From a virus: a stretch of 64,000 nucleotides of DNA. Made by a program: the position numbers and the translations under genes. Below the pieces are notes generated by a model that did no database searches, was not told the DNA's origin, and worked only from the letters and a program-made list of their open reading frames with translations. Shown piece after piece: positions 36,653 to 45,376 of this stretch (positions are counted from its first letter, which is position 1; every line of letters begins with the position of its first letter). The stretch lies in IMG/VR virus record IMGVR_UViG_3300011005_000151. The stretch is one strand, 5' to 3'.

Positions 36653-37582
36653 ATGTACAATCAGGAACAGAAGCTTGCGTTCATAGAGGAATGCGCCAAG
36701 ACGGAATCGGGGAAAAAGCGGTGCCGGGAAGTGTTCGAGGTCTTTTCCAAGTACGAGGAACGATGGAGCGCTGACCTGAGCACGAGAGACGCGAAAGAGC
36801 TTTCGGCAATCCTAAAGGATATGGCCGGCATTCGCGGAAAGAGCCAATACAATTACGTATCATTTGTTCGAAAGTACCTTCGATGGTGCGGTTACGAGGG
36901 GACAGCGAAGGAGATCTCCATAGACACTACGGAGAATGTGACAGCCGCTCTGGTCAAAGACCCAAAGCAATTTCAGGAGTGTTTAGACCAGATGTTCGAG
37001 CCGGAAAACAAACAGCGCGTAGATCTGATATACCGGTGCTACCTTTGGCTTGGCTACATGGGTATTCAAGAGGGCGATACGTTGAGCATCACCACCGATG
37101 ATGTCGATCTCGACAGAAACATTGTCACAGTGGGGGAGGAGGAGTTCATGATCCCGCAGCAGGCGGCGCGGGTTTTCGAGTCCTGCGCCACGCTGACGCA
37201 GTTCAAGTACCACCACCCACGCAATGTGAACGAAGAAACTGACAGAGATCGGGTTCCAGGGAAATTGCTACTTCGTGGGTATCGAACGAGTCAGGATGAA
37301 AGCATCAACATCTTCGGTTTTCGGGTTTATGTTTCCAAAGCCACGAAAGCACACAATATGGATGTAAGTCTGAGCTATTTCCGCGCATGGCTTTCCGGTC
37401 TGTTCTACAGGGCTTATCAGAAAGAGCTCGCCGGTGAGGAAGTCAGCTTCCGGGACGTGAAGTTCCAGCAGTATCGACGGCAGGAAACCAACAGGGTCCC
37501 GCCAACTGATAAAGCGGTGCGTGTCGCAAAGGGATACGCGGACGATTACAACCGCTGGAAGAAGGCATACAATCTGACATGA
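36653..37582 (+). CDS. integrase-family protein (N-terminal SAM-like domain, divergent C-terminus without a clear HxxR...Y)
   Basis: The N-terminal 100 aa resemble a tyrosine-recombinase core-binding domain. Catalytic motifs were not found. Confidence 0.35.
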   Translation: MYNQEQKLAFIEECAKTESGKKRCREVFEVFSKYEERWSADLSTRDAKELSAILKDMAGIRGKSQYNYVSFVRKYLRWCGYEGTAKEISIDTTENVTAALVKDPKQFQECLDQMFEPENKQRVDLIYRCYLWLGYMGIQEGDTLSITTDDVDLDRNIVTVGEEEFMIPQQAARVFESCATLTQFKYHHPRNVNEETDRDRVPGKLLLRGYRTSQDESINIFGFRVYVSKATKAHNMDVSLSYFRAWLSGLFYRAYQKELAGEEVSFRDVKFQQYRRQETNRVPPTDKAVRVAKGYADDYNRWKKAYNLT

Positions 37583-37584
37583 TA

Positions 37585-37635
37585 CGGTGCCCTGCGTTGG
37601 GCTTGAGATAACGCAGGTTCTTCGCAGGGCATACA
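37585..37635 (+). terminator. GCCCTGCG...CGCAGGGC stem-loop
   Basis: 8-bp stem seen directly. Confidence 0.4.
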
Positions 37636-37764
37636 TAGGTTTTTCCCGCCAGAACACGGCGGTTTAAATAAAGAGTTACCAATCTAATTTTATGGACAGA
37701 AAGCGGTGATTCCAAAGCAGTAGTTTAATTTCGCGTCACATCTTAAATATATTGGAGGGATTAA

Positions 37765-38490
37765 ATGGCATCTAAGCAAGTGGACATTAATAGTCTTAAC
37801 ATCTATCAGAAGCTTGCACTGATTCGCAAGCAGGTCGAGGTAATCCAAAAAGACAAAGCGGGGTACGGGTATAAGTACGTATCGGATGACGAGATCCTCG
37901 CCAGGGTTACATCCTTTATGGACAAGTATCATATCTCTCTTATCCCGAGCATTGATAAGGGAACGCTGAAGGCAGAACCTTATACATACTATAAGACCAA
38001 AAAGGCAGAGAATAAGCAAACCGGTGAGGTAACAATCTACAAGGAAGATGTGAACGAAGTCCTTGTTCAGAGCGATATGACCTACTATTGGATTAATAAC
38101 GATAACCCGACAGAGCAGGTCGGCGTTCCTTGGGGTCTGGTAGGTCAGCAGAGCGATGGCTCCCAGGCAATGGGTTCGGGACTGACGTATTCAATGCGTT
38201 ACTTCCTGCTGAAATACTTCAACGTGGCAACGCCGGAGGATGATCCGGACCGGTGGCGCAGTAAGCAGAAGGCCGCAGCCGACGCGGAGGATAAGGCAAT
38301 TGCGGAAAGTATTATCAAGATTGCAGATGCGGAAATCAGAAACTACCTTGCGAAACACGAGGAGGCGACCGAGGCTGTGGGCAAGTTTGCCCGCAAGTAT
38401 GTGAAGAGCGGCAACTATCTCTCCATCACCGACTCCGCCATGGCTCAGAATTTCCTTAATGCATTCAGAGAAAATTTCAAGGAGGAGTGA
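37765..38490 (+). CDS. ERF-family single-strand annealing protein
   Basis: N-terminal YQKLALIRKQV...GYGYKYVSDDEILARV pattern. Lies directly upstream of SSB. Confidence 0.55.
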   Translation: MASKQVDINSLNIYQKLALIRKQVEVIQKDKAGYGYKYVSDDEILARVTSFMDKYHISLIPSIDKGTLKAEPYTYYKTKKAENKQTGEVTIYKEDVNEVLVQSDMTYYWINNDNPTEQVGVPWGLVGQQSDGSQAMGSGLTYSMRYFLLKYFNVATPEDDPDRWRSKQKAAADAEDKAIAESIIKIADAEIRNYLAKHEEATEAVGKFARKYVKSGNYLSITDSAMAQNFLNAFRENFKEE

Positions 38491-38493
38491 TAA

Positions 38494-38928
38494 ATGGGTT
38501 TCAGAGTTGGTTCTTATTGCAAAGTGTGGGAGGTAGATCAGAAGAGCGATAAGCTGACGAGTCTTCGTATCTCTATCAGCACCAAAAATCGCGAGTCCGG
38601 GGAATATGAGCAGGTGTTCGGCGGTTATGTGGCATGCATCGGTACATCCGCCGCTCGAAAGGCGGCAAGGCTGAAGCAAGGCGACACTATCCGGCTCGGG
38701 AATATCACCAGCCGCACAAAGTGGGACTCTGCACACAAAAAAGAGTACCGAAACGATAATATCTACTCCTTCTATGTCGAAGGGGACCCTGAGTTTACCG
38801 CAAAGCTGGTTACAGATTTCTTCGATGTCGGCGGCGCGAGCAAGTCTAAAAGGGAAGTCGACAGCGGAACCGGGGCTGGTATCGACGACGGCGAGCCGGA
38901 GGATCCAAACAGCAACCTGCCGTTCTGA
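38494..38928 (+). CDS. ssb: single-stranded DNA-binding protein
   Basis: OB-fold-like core and acidic C-terminal tail DDGEPEDPNSNLPF. Confidence 0.7.
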   Translation: MGFRVGSYCKVWEVDQKSDKLTSLRISISTKNRESGEYEQVFGGYVACIGTSAARKAARLKQGDTIRLGNITSRTKWDSAHKKEYRNDNIYSFYVEGDPEFTAKLVTDFFDVGGASKSKREVDSGTGAGIDDGEPEDPNSNLPF

Positions 38929-38947
38929 AAGGCCATGGTGAATAACC

Positions 38948-39733
38948 ATGGATGAAGAATTCAGCTACAAACCACTTATCGAGGATATGACCTGGAGCTA
39001 CACCCGGGTCAGCTCCTTTGAAACTTGCCCACATCAATGGTTTTTGAAGTATCTGAAGCGTTGCAAAAGCCAAAAAATGTTTTACGCCAGTTTCGGAAGC
39101 TATATCCATAAGCTTTTAGAACAGTATTACAAGGGCGAATTGCCGAAGGAGAAGATGGCGGAGACATTCCTCGCGGGTTTTCAGGATAACGTAAAGGGTT
39201 ATCGCCCGAAGGAATCCGTCGTTAAGAATTTTATTCAATCCGGCGTTGATTACCTGTTATCGTTTCATCCATTCCCATATGAGATGGTCGCAGTCGAGCA
39301 CAAAATGGATTTCGATCTGGATGGGTATAAATTCACGGGCATCATCGACTACCTCGGTCGAGATAAAGACGGCGAACTGGTCGTCATCGACAATAAATCC
39401 AGAAGGCTCAAGCCGCGAAGTGGTCGGAAAATCCAGACTCGGTCTGACGAAGAACTCGATACGATGCTTAAGCAGCTGTACATCTATTCTGCAGGAGTAG
39501 AGCAGGAGTTCGGGAAATTGCCAAAGAAACTTTGCTTCAACTGTTTCAGAAACGGCGTGTTCATAGAGGAACCGTTCTGTATTACGGCCTACGAATCCGC
39601 AGTACAGGAAGCGGAAGAAGCGATCAAGGCCATAGAAGACGAGACGAAATTTGAAGCGAAGCCCAGTTTCTTCACATGCTTCTGGCTCTGCGACGTAAGC
39701 GGCGACTGCGAGACGTGGATGAACAGGCGGTGA
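38948..39733 (+). CDS. PD-(D/E)xK exonuclease, Cas4/RecB-like, with Cys cluster
   Basis: IIDYLG...ELVVIDNKS motifs. One N-terminal and three C-terminal cysteines (CFWLCDVSGDC). Confidence 0.6.
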   Translation: MDEEFSYKPLIEDMTWSYTRVSSFETCPHQWFLKYLKRCKSQKMFYASFGSYIHKLLEQYYKGELPKEKMAETFLAGFQDNVKGYRPKESVVKNFIQSGVDYLLSFHPFPYEMVAVEHKMDFDLDGYKFTGIIDYLGRDKDGELVVIDNKSRRLKPRSGRKIQTRSDEELDTMLKQLYIYSAGVEQEFGKLPKKLCFNCFRNGVFIEEPFCITAYESAVQEAEEAIKAIEDETKFEAKPSFFTCFWLCDVSGDCETWMNRR

Positions 39734-39742
39734 TGAACGGCC

Positions 39743-41077
39743 ATGAACGAGAATGATATCAATGCTTTGGATGCTGAGGCTGGGATAATCGCTTCGCTCA
39801 TACATAATATCGACCTGATTACATACTCGGACAGGCTCCTCCCGCTGCACTTCACGCAGAAGGATAACCGATGTATATACACAGCCCTGCAAAAGCTATA
39901 TGAGAAAAACATTAAAAGGGTCGATGCGTACAACATTATTGAGACTCTGAACTCGGAGCCGGCCACTCGCAAGTACGCAGACGAACTCACCATCGATCAG
40001 TTGCAGGAGTTAATCGAAATCAGTGATGAGATCGCACGTCATTCCGAGAATGATTACAAAGTGCTGGTTTCCAACGTGATAGATGCGGCGCTTCGGCGGG
40101 ATCTGTACAAGAAATTATCTTACTGTCAACGTTTATGCCTTGACAGAGGAGAAGAAGAGCTTGCGAAGAAGGTTTATTCGGAGCTCGACGATGTGCTGAC
40201 AGGGTATTCGAGCATCGGAGACGATATTAAAGAGTACAAAGATGTCGTTGACGATTGCTGGGGCGAGATCCAGGCCAGACAGGGTGGCGATTATCAGGGT
40301 TATCCGTTCCCGTTCCGCGAGCTGAACAACTATGTGACGATTGAACCCGGCGAACTGGTGATTTTCGGCGGCGGAGCGAAGGAAGGCAAGTCAATGCTGA
40401 TGCTAAATATCGCGATGAACCTTCTGGAGCAGGGGAAATCAGTTCTGTACCTCGACAGTGAGCTGAGCGACCGGCTTTTCACGCAGAGGTTGCTGTCAAA
40501 CAGGACGGGGATCACATTCCGCAATCTCGGAATCGGGAATTACACAGCAGAAGACGGGCAGAAGGTATCCAATGCAATGGATTGGATCAAAAACCGGAAA
40601 TTTGCCCACATTTACATCCCGATGTTCGATATCAGCACGATTTTCACGACGATAAAACGGTTTGACAACCTGTTCGACGGGCTGGACGTGGTGATCGTGG
40701 ACTATTTTAAGTCAACTTCAGACGCCGGGGCTTTTGAGACGTATAGCGAGCTCGGGAAATTCGTGGATTTTATTAAAAATTCTGTATGTGGGGACATGGG
40801 GATCGCAGGTATCGGTGCGGCACAGACAACAGCCACCGGGAAGCTCGCAGACTCGGCAAAAATCGCCAGAAATGCCAGTACGATCGTGATGATGCACGCA
40901 AAAACTCCGGAAGAAATCGAAGTAGACGGCGAAGAATGCGGGAATCGAAGGATGAATGTTTGTTTTAACCGGAATGGGGCGCAACAATCCGCCGGTGAGT
41001 ATATCGACCTTGGGTTTGACGGCGACAGAGCCAAGTTCTACGAGGTCAGACAACATATCCCGCAGGATCCATTCTGA
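39743..41077 (+). CDS. dnaB: DnaB-family replicative helicase
   Basis: DnaB N-domain, Walker A GGGAKEGKS, Walker B VVIVDY. Confidence 0.8.
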   Translation: MNENDINALDAEAGIIASLIHNIDLITYSDRLLPLHFTQKDNRCIYTALQKLYEKNIKRVDAYNIIETLNSEPATRKYADELTIDQLQELIEISDEIARHSENDYKVLVSNVIDAALRRDLYKKLSYCQRLCLDRGEEELAKKVYSELDDVLTGYSSIGDDIKEYKDVVDDCWGEIQARQGGDYQGYPFPFRELNNYVTIEPGELVIFGGGAKEGKSMLMLNIAMNLLEQGKSVLYLDSELSDRLFTQRLLSNRTGITFRNLGIGNYTAEDGQKVSNAMDWIKNRKFAHIYIPMFDISTIFTTIKRFDNLFDGLDVVIVDYFKSTSDAGAFETYSELGKFVDFIKNSVCGDMGIAGIGAAQTTATGKLADSAKIARNASTIVMMHAKTPEEIEVDGEECGNRRMNVCFNRNGAQQSAGEYIDLGFDGDRAKFYEVRQHIPQDPF

Positions 41078-41084
41078 TATAGCT

Positions 41085-41924
41085 ATGGATTTACAGGATT
41101 TACTCGATTCTGTCGACATAGTTCAGTACATTTCGCAGTTTGTTGAACTTGAACAGAGGGGAGACGAGTGGTGGGGGCTTTCCCCATTCTCGGATCCCCC
41201 CGAGAAGACACCTTCATTCTCCGTTAGACAGAATAATGGGTCGTGGTACTGCTTCAGTACAGGACTTGGCGGGAATTTGTACACATTTATTCGTTACTAC
41301 TTCAAATGTACACGGCGTGAAGCCGTTGAAAAGCTCAAGAAATACGCTGGTTATGACGGAAAGGTCATGATCGTCAACGAAAAACTGTCAGCGACACAGA
41401 TTTGCAAGAAATTTTCCAAGCCAAAGACAAGAAGAAAAGAAGCGAAGGGCGTGGTTTTAGCCGATGACTACATGGAACGGTACGAAAATCGCCCGGAGAA
41501 GCTGGCTGAATGGGAATCTGAGGGAATTTCGCGGGACGTAATGGCAAAATTTCAGGTCAAATACGACAGTTTTTCAGACAGAATCGTGTATCCAATACGA
41601 AACCCAGACGGGAAAATCGTAAACGTCGGCGGGAGAACGGTCGACCCCAAGTGGAAAGAGAAAGGGCTTAAAAAATACTGCTATTTCTACTCGTGGGGAC
41701 GCATCCAGACGATTTATGGACTCGCGGAGAACATCAAAGCGATCCGGGACAAGCACGAGATCATCCTATTTGAGGGGTGTAAGAGTGTTTTGCATGCTGC
41801 TACGTGGGGGATCGAGAATTGCGGGGCAATTTTGACGAGCCATCTGTCGTTGGATCAAATGAAGCTGCTTAAAGGGGAAGAGGTATTCCGAAAGCTATAT
41901 GAAGGGAAAATTAGATATAGATAA
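41085..41924 (+). CDS. DnaG-like primase (degenerate zinc-binding domain plus TOPRIM)
   Basis: LSPFSDPPEKTPSFSV...YCFSTGLGGNLYTFI resembles a CHC2 zinc-binding domain. EGCKSV TOPRIM glutamate. Confidence 0.6.
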   Translation: MDLQDLLDSVDIVQYISQFVELEQRGDEWWGLSPFSDPPEKTPSFSVRQNNGSWYCFSTGLGGNLYTFIRYYFKCTRREAVEKLKKYAGYDGKVMIVNEKLSATQICKKFSKPKTRRKEAKGVVLADDYMERYENRPEKLAEWESEGISRDVMAKFQVKYDSFSDRIVYPIRNPDGKIVNVGGRTVDPKWKEKGLKKYCYFYSWGRIQTIYGLAENIKAIRDKHEIILFEGCKSVLHAATWGIENCGAILTSHLSLDQMKLLKGEEVFRKLYEGKIRYR

Positions 41925-41987
41925 CTACATGGGCTGGAAATCGGTCCAGCCCAAATAAAAAATCTACATAAGAAAGGTAATTACAAA

Positions 41988-42572
41988 ATGAAAATGCTCC
42001 ATGTGACTATGTACGGTACGTCCCCGCTGATTATGCATTCCCCCAAGTGTGTGAACCCGCTTCATCCGATTGCTCGCAGGATGAAAGAGTACACATCCAA
42101 GCGAAAGAAGACGGAAGAGGATCTTCTGACGATTTCCGATTTGGAGTGGGAGGCTGGCGTGTACTGGGACGACACCGTCGGTTTATATATTCCGAACGAG
42201 TGCATTGCCGCAACTCTGATAAACGGCGCAAAGATGCATAAGCTTGGCGCAAATGTTAAGAAGTATTGCCACGTACAAACTCTTATGGCTCCGCTCGATA
42301 TTGGAGAAGTGCAGGATTATGACAGACTGAAGTCTGATGTAAGATACCGTGACACTCGGGATGTTTGCGTACAGAGAGCGAGAGTGAATCGGACTCGCCC
42401 GCGCTTCAATACTTGGAAGACTGAGTTCGATATGACATACGAAGATGACAAGATCGACATCGGAGATATCGCTTTGGCTTTCGCGAACGCCGGTGATTAT
42501 GTCGGAATCTGCGAGATGCGTGATCGCGGATACGGGAAATTTGTGGCTGATATCCAGGAAGTAGAAATATAA
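41988..42572 (+). CDS. hypothetical protein
   Basis: AAAGGTAATTAC RBS. Confidence 0.5.
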   Translation: MKMLHVTMYGTSPLIMHSPKCVNPLHPIARRMKEYTSKRKKTEEDLLTISDLEWEAGVYWDDTVGLYIPNECIAATLINGAKMHKLGANVKKYCHVQTLMAPLDIGEVQDYDRLKSDVRYRDTRDVCVQRARVNRTRPRFNTWKTEFDMTYEDDKIDIGDIALAFANAGDYVGICEMRDRGYGKFVADIQEVEI

Positions 42573-42574
42573 GG

Positions 42575-42840
42575 TCGGGTTTCTAAGTTCCGGCGAGGTA
42601 TGGTGTGGTGAGGTGCGGTTGGGTGTGGTGAGGTGAGGTTTTTAAGGCAAGGTGGGGTCAGGTGTGGCTAGGTTTGGTCGGGTCTGGTTGGGTCCGGTTT
42701 GGTGAGGTGAGGTAGGGTTTCTAAGGTTAGGTCTGGTGTGGCGGGGTCTGGTCGGGTGAGGTGAGGTTTCTTAGGTCTGGTGCGGTAAGGTTTGGTTTGG
42801 TTGGGTGAGGTTAGGTCCGGTAAGGTCTTTAAGGTTGGTA
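42575..42840. repeat. degenerate GGTNNG / GGTGNGG repeat array of about 265 bp with embedded GGGTTTCTAAG units; candidate origin or iteron region
   Basis: GGT recurs every 3-6 nt with a strong G/T strand bias. Placed inside the replication module. Confidence 0.6.
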
Positions 42841-42873
42841 GAGCCTATAATATTTTAGAAAGGAATACATTAA

Positions 42874-43329
42874 ATGAATCGCAAAGAGAAGATTGACAGT
42901 CTGGTGAATAATATTCTCGATAAAAAGTACGGGGATATTATTACACACAATGACATCATGTACTGCATACAGGAACGACGAGGTACATCTGCCTACAAGG
43001 GCATCTTGGAACATGCGAAGAGGCGGCTTCTTGAGTCCGGAAAAATGATCGAGAGTATTCGAGGGGTCGGTTATCGTGTGGTCTACCCGGATGACTACAC
43101 GAAAGTGTCTGTCGGCCATGTTGCTGCAGCTTCCCGTAGGATTAAAAAGGGCGTTGAGGTAATGGATTATGCCCCTGTCAGTAATATGACTGCCGATGGC
43201 GTGGCGGCTTACAATAGAGTTTATGACCGCACAAAGATCCTGGAAGCGGCAATGGCCGGCGCGAGAGTAGAAATCAAGATGCTGGAAAAGTCTCGTCAAC
43301 ACCCGCTGGAAGCTGCACTCAGGCGGTGA
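42874..43329 (+). CDS. hypothetical protein next to the repeat array
   Basis: AAAGGAATACA RBS. Confidence 0.5.
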   Translation: MNRKEKIDSLVNNILDKKYGDIITHNDIMYCIQERRGTSAYKGILEHAKRRLLESGKMIESIRGVGYRVVYPDDYTKVSVGHVAAASRRIKKGVEVMDYAPVSNMTADGVAAYNRVYDRTKILEAAMAGARVEIKMLEKSRQHPLEAALRR

Positions 43330-43400
43330 AAATACATATCAGACATATGTGGGGTGGTCATATGACGTAGCTAAGACCAAACAAATACAGACAAAAGGAG

Positions 43401-43868
43401 ATGATATTAATCGAAGAGGAAAATGTAATAGAACTCGAAACAGAGTACGCGGTTTTCGAGATCCCGGAAGAAACGATTCGTATTGAAATCGAATCTCAGA
43501 TCTACATGGATGGTAAGTTGCAGAGGGTCAAAAGCACCATGGAAATGCAAGCCGTAAAAGACGCGTTTTATGCAGCAAAAAATGGGTATTTTCCGGAAAA
43601 TTGCGACTATAATGACCCTCCACCGGCGAATTGTGCCGTATTTGACGTGCCAAAATCGGCTGTAGATATCACATTTCACGCGGAAGAAGTTTCAGATGGG
43701 GAACTACATAAAAGAGATTACCATTATGGAATTGTAGAGCTTCGGGAGGCATTCCGTAAGGGCGAAAACTACATCCCGGATGATGCGACATTTGTACTTA
43801 CAGAAAAGGGCAAACGGTTAGCAGAAGAAATTTTAAACAAGGAGGGTTCCGCCAGTGATTACGTATGA
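43401..43868 (+). CDS. hypothetical protein
   Basis: AAAGGAGATG RBS. Confidence 0.5.
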   Translation: MILIEEENVIELETEYAVFEIPEETIRIEIESQIYMDGKLQRVKSTMEMQAVKDAFYAAKNGYFPENCDYNDPPPANCAVFDVPKSAVDITFHAEEVSDGELHKRDYHYGIVELREAFRKGENYIPDDATFVLTEKGKRLAEEILNKEGSASDYV

Positions 43869-44178
43869 GTTTTTTGAGAAGTGTATAAAGGACATCGAGT
43901 TTACGCATGCTCTTGTCAACGACATTAGCGAGTGTACCAGCCGTTATAACGAGGCCACGCTGGATTATGCCGGTGTGTCGATGCCGACACTCACGGAAGA
44001 TGATCTTGTCACACTTCTCACTATTATCATGAACGACGAGAACGATCTTATCAGTTACTGGGTTTATGACCTGGAGTGCGGCAAGGAACACAAGCTTGGG
44101 GATTGCGTTGATGACGCTGGTAACCCTGTCCCGCTGGCAACGATTCAGGATCTCTGGAACGCGCTTCATGCTGAATGA
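43855..44178 (+). CDS. hypothetical protein
   Basis: ORF. Confidence 0.45.
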   Translation: MITYEFFEKCIKDIEFTHALVNDISECTSRYNEATLDYAGVSMPTLTEDDLVTLLTIIMNDENDLISYWVYDLECGKEHKLGDCVDDAGNPVPLATIQDLWNALHAE

Positions 44179-44381
44179 AAGAATTCCTTTTTCGCGGGTT
44201 TGCTACCGACACAGGTGAATGGGTTTCCGGTAGTTTACTCGGAAATGACGTAATCGTCCCGTGCGGGCAACTATTCCACGTCGAGAGCGGGCATATTTAC
44301 GATACGCTGGATGCGATTGTTGTTGACCCGGAGACTGTGGAAATGGTTTTGAATGCACGGGATCGAGGAGGTGATCCTTAA
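44175..44381 (+). CDS. small hypothetical protein
   Basis: Junction motif TGAATGAAAGAATTCC. Confidence 0.4.
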   Translation: MKEFLFRGFATDTGEWVSGSLLGNDVIVPCGQLFHVESGHIYDTLDAIVVDPETVEMVLNARDRGGDP

Positions 44382-44410
44382 CGCCAGACAGAAAACTTAC
44401 ACATCTTAGT

Positions 44411-45294
44411 TTGTTCTCTGGCATTTAGTCGGCGGTTTGGATTTGGCGGCAGAAGCTGCCGGGTTTGAAACAGTCGGGCAGGTTGAATGGGCAGATTACC
44501 AAACGAAGATACTGGAGAGACACTGGCCTGACGTGCCGCGATGGAGAGATATACATACACTTACGGGAGATGAATTCTATAACCGAACAGGATTACGAAC
44601 AGTCGATGTCATCTCAGGTGGATTTCCATGCCAGCCGTTTTCCCAGGCCGGGAAGCGGGGAGGCAAGGACGATGACCGTTACCTCTGGCCGGAAATGCTT
44701 AGAGTCATACGGGAAATCAAGCCCACTTGGGTCATTGGTGAGAATGTGCCTGGAATCGTCAATCTGGCACTCGACACGGTGTTGGCTGACCTGGAAGCAG
44801 AAGGTTACGAAGTCCAATGCTTTATTATACCGGCTTGCGGCGTCGACGCCCCGCACAAAAGAGAGCGAGTCGCTATTGTGGCCCACGCCATCGGTAGGAG
44901 CGGCGCTGTGCGGTGGAACGGGGAATTTCAAGACGCTTCAGAAAATGGCGGAGAAGGGGTTAATTACAGAACAGGAGAGGCGGCAGCTCTCGCAGGGGAA
45001 CGGCGGCAAGACGAACCCGGGTTTATTGGAATGGCTGATGGGCTACGAACAGGAGTTCACGAAGCTGATTCCGACGCCGACTGCGACAGATTACAAGGGC
45101 GGATGCCTGAGCAGGTACTGGGGATCACCCCCCCCCATCTGAACAACGGCAAGCGTGGTTACGACGGCCGGCTGAGAAGCTTTCTCGAACTCACTCCGCT
45201 TGGGAGAATTGGCCCGATGAACCCGGAATACCTAGAGTATCTGATGGGATATCCAATCGGATGGACCGAATTAAGTGTCTCGGGAACGCGGTAG
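44411..45294 (+). pseudogene. dcm: C5 cytosine DNA methyltransferase split across frames, with a C9 homopolymer at 45128-45136
   Basis: Motif I LFSGI ends at TAG. A 5-nt shift leads to GGLDLA...PCQ, ENV and motif VIII in the 44437 frame. NPxxLEWLMGY appears in two frames. The C9 tract sits at the frame junction. Confidence 0.6.
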
Positions 45295-45376
45295 TTCCGC
45301 AACAGTTTTATCCGTTTTTCGCGGCGATAGCTGCGATAGAAAACGGTTGATAATCCAATAATATATCTGTGAAAGG

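Noticed and set aside
42575-42840. CRISPR array
   Set aside because: The repeats are degenerate hexamer-scale units with no constant 25-40 nt repeat or unique spacers, and no cas genes are present. No CRISPR array is present in this window.
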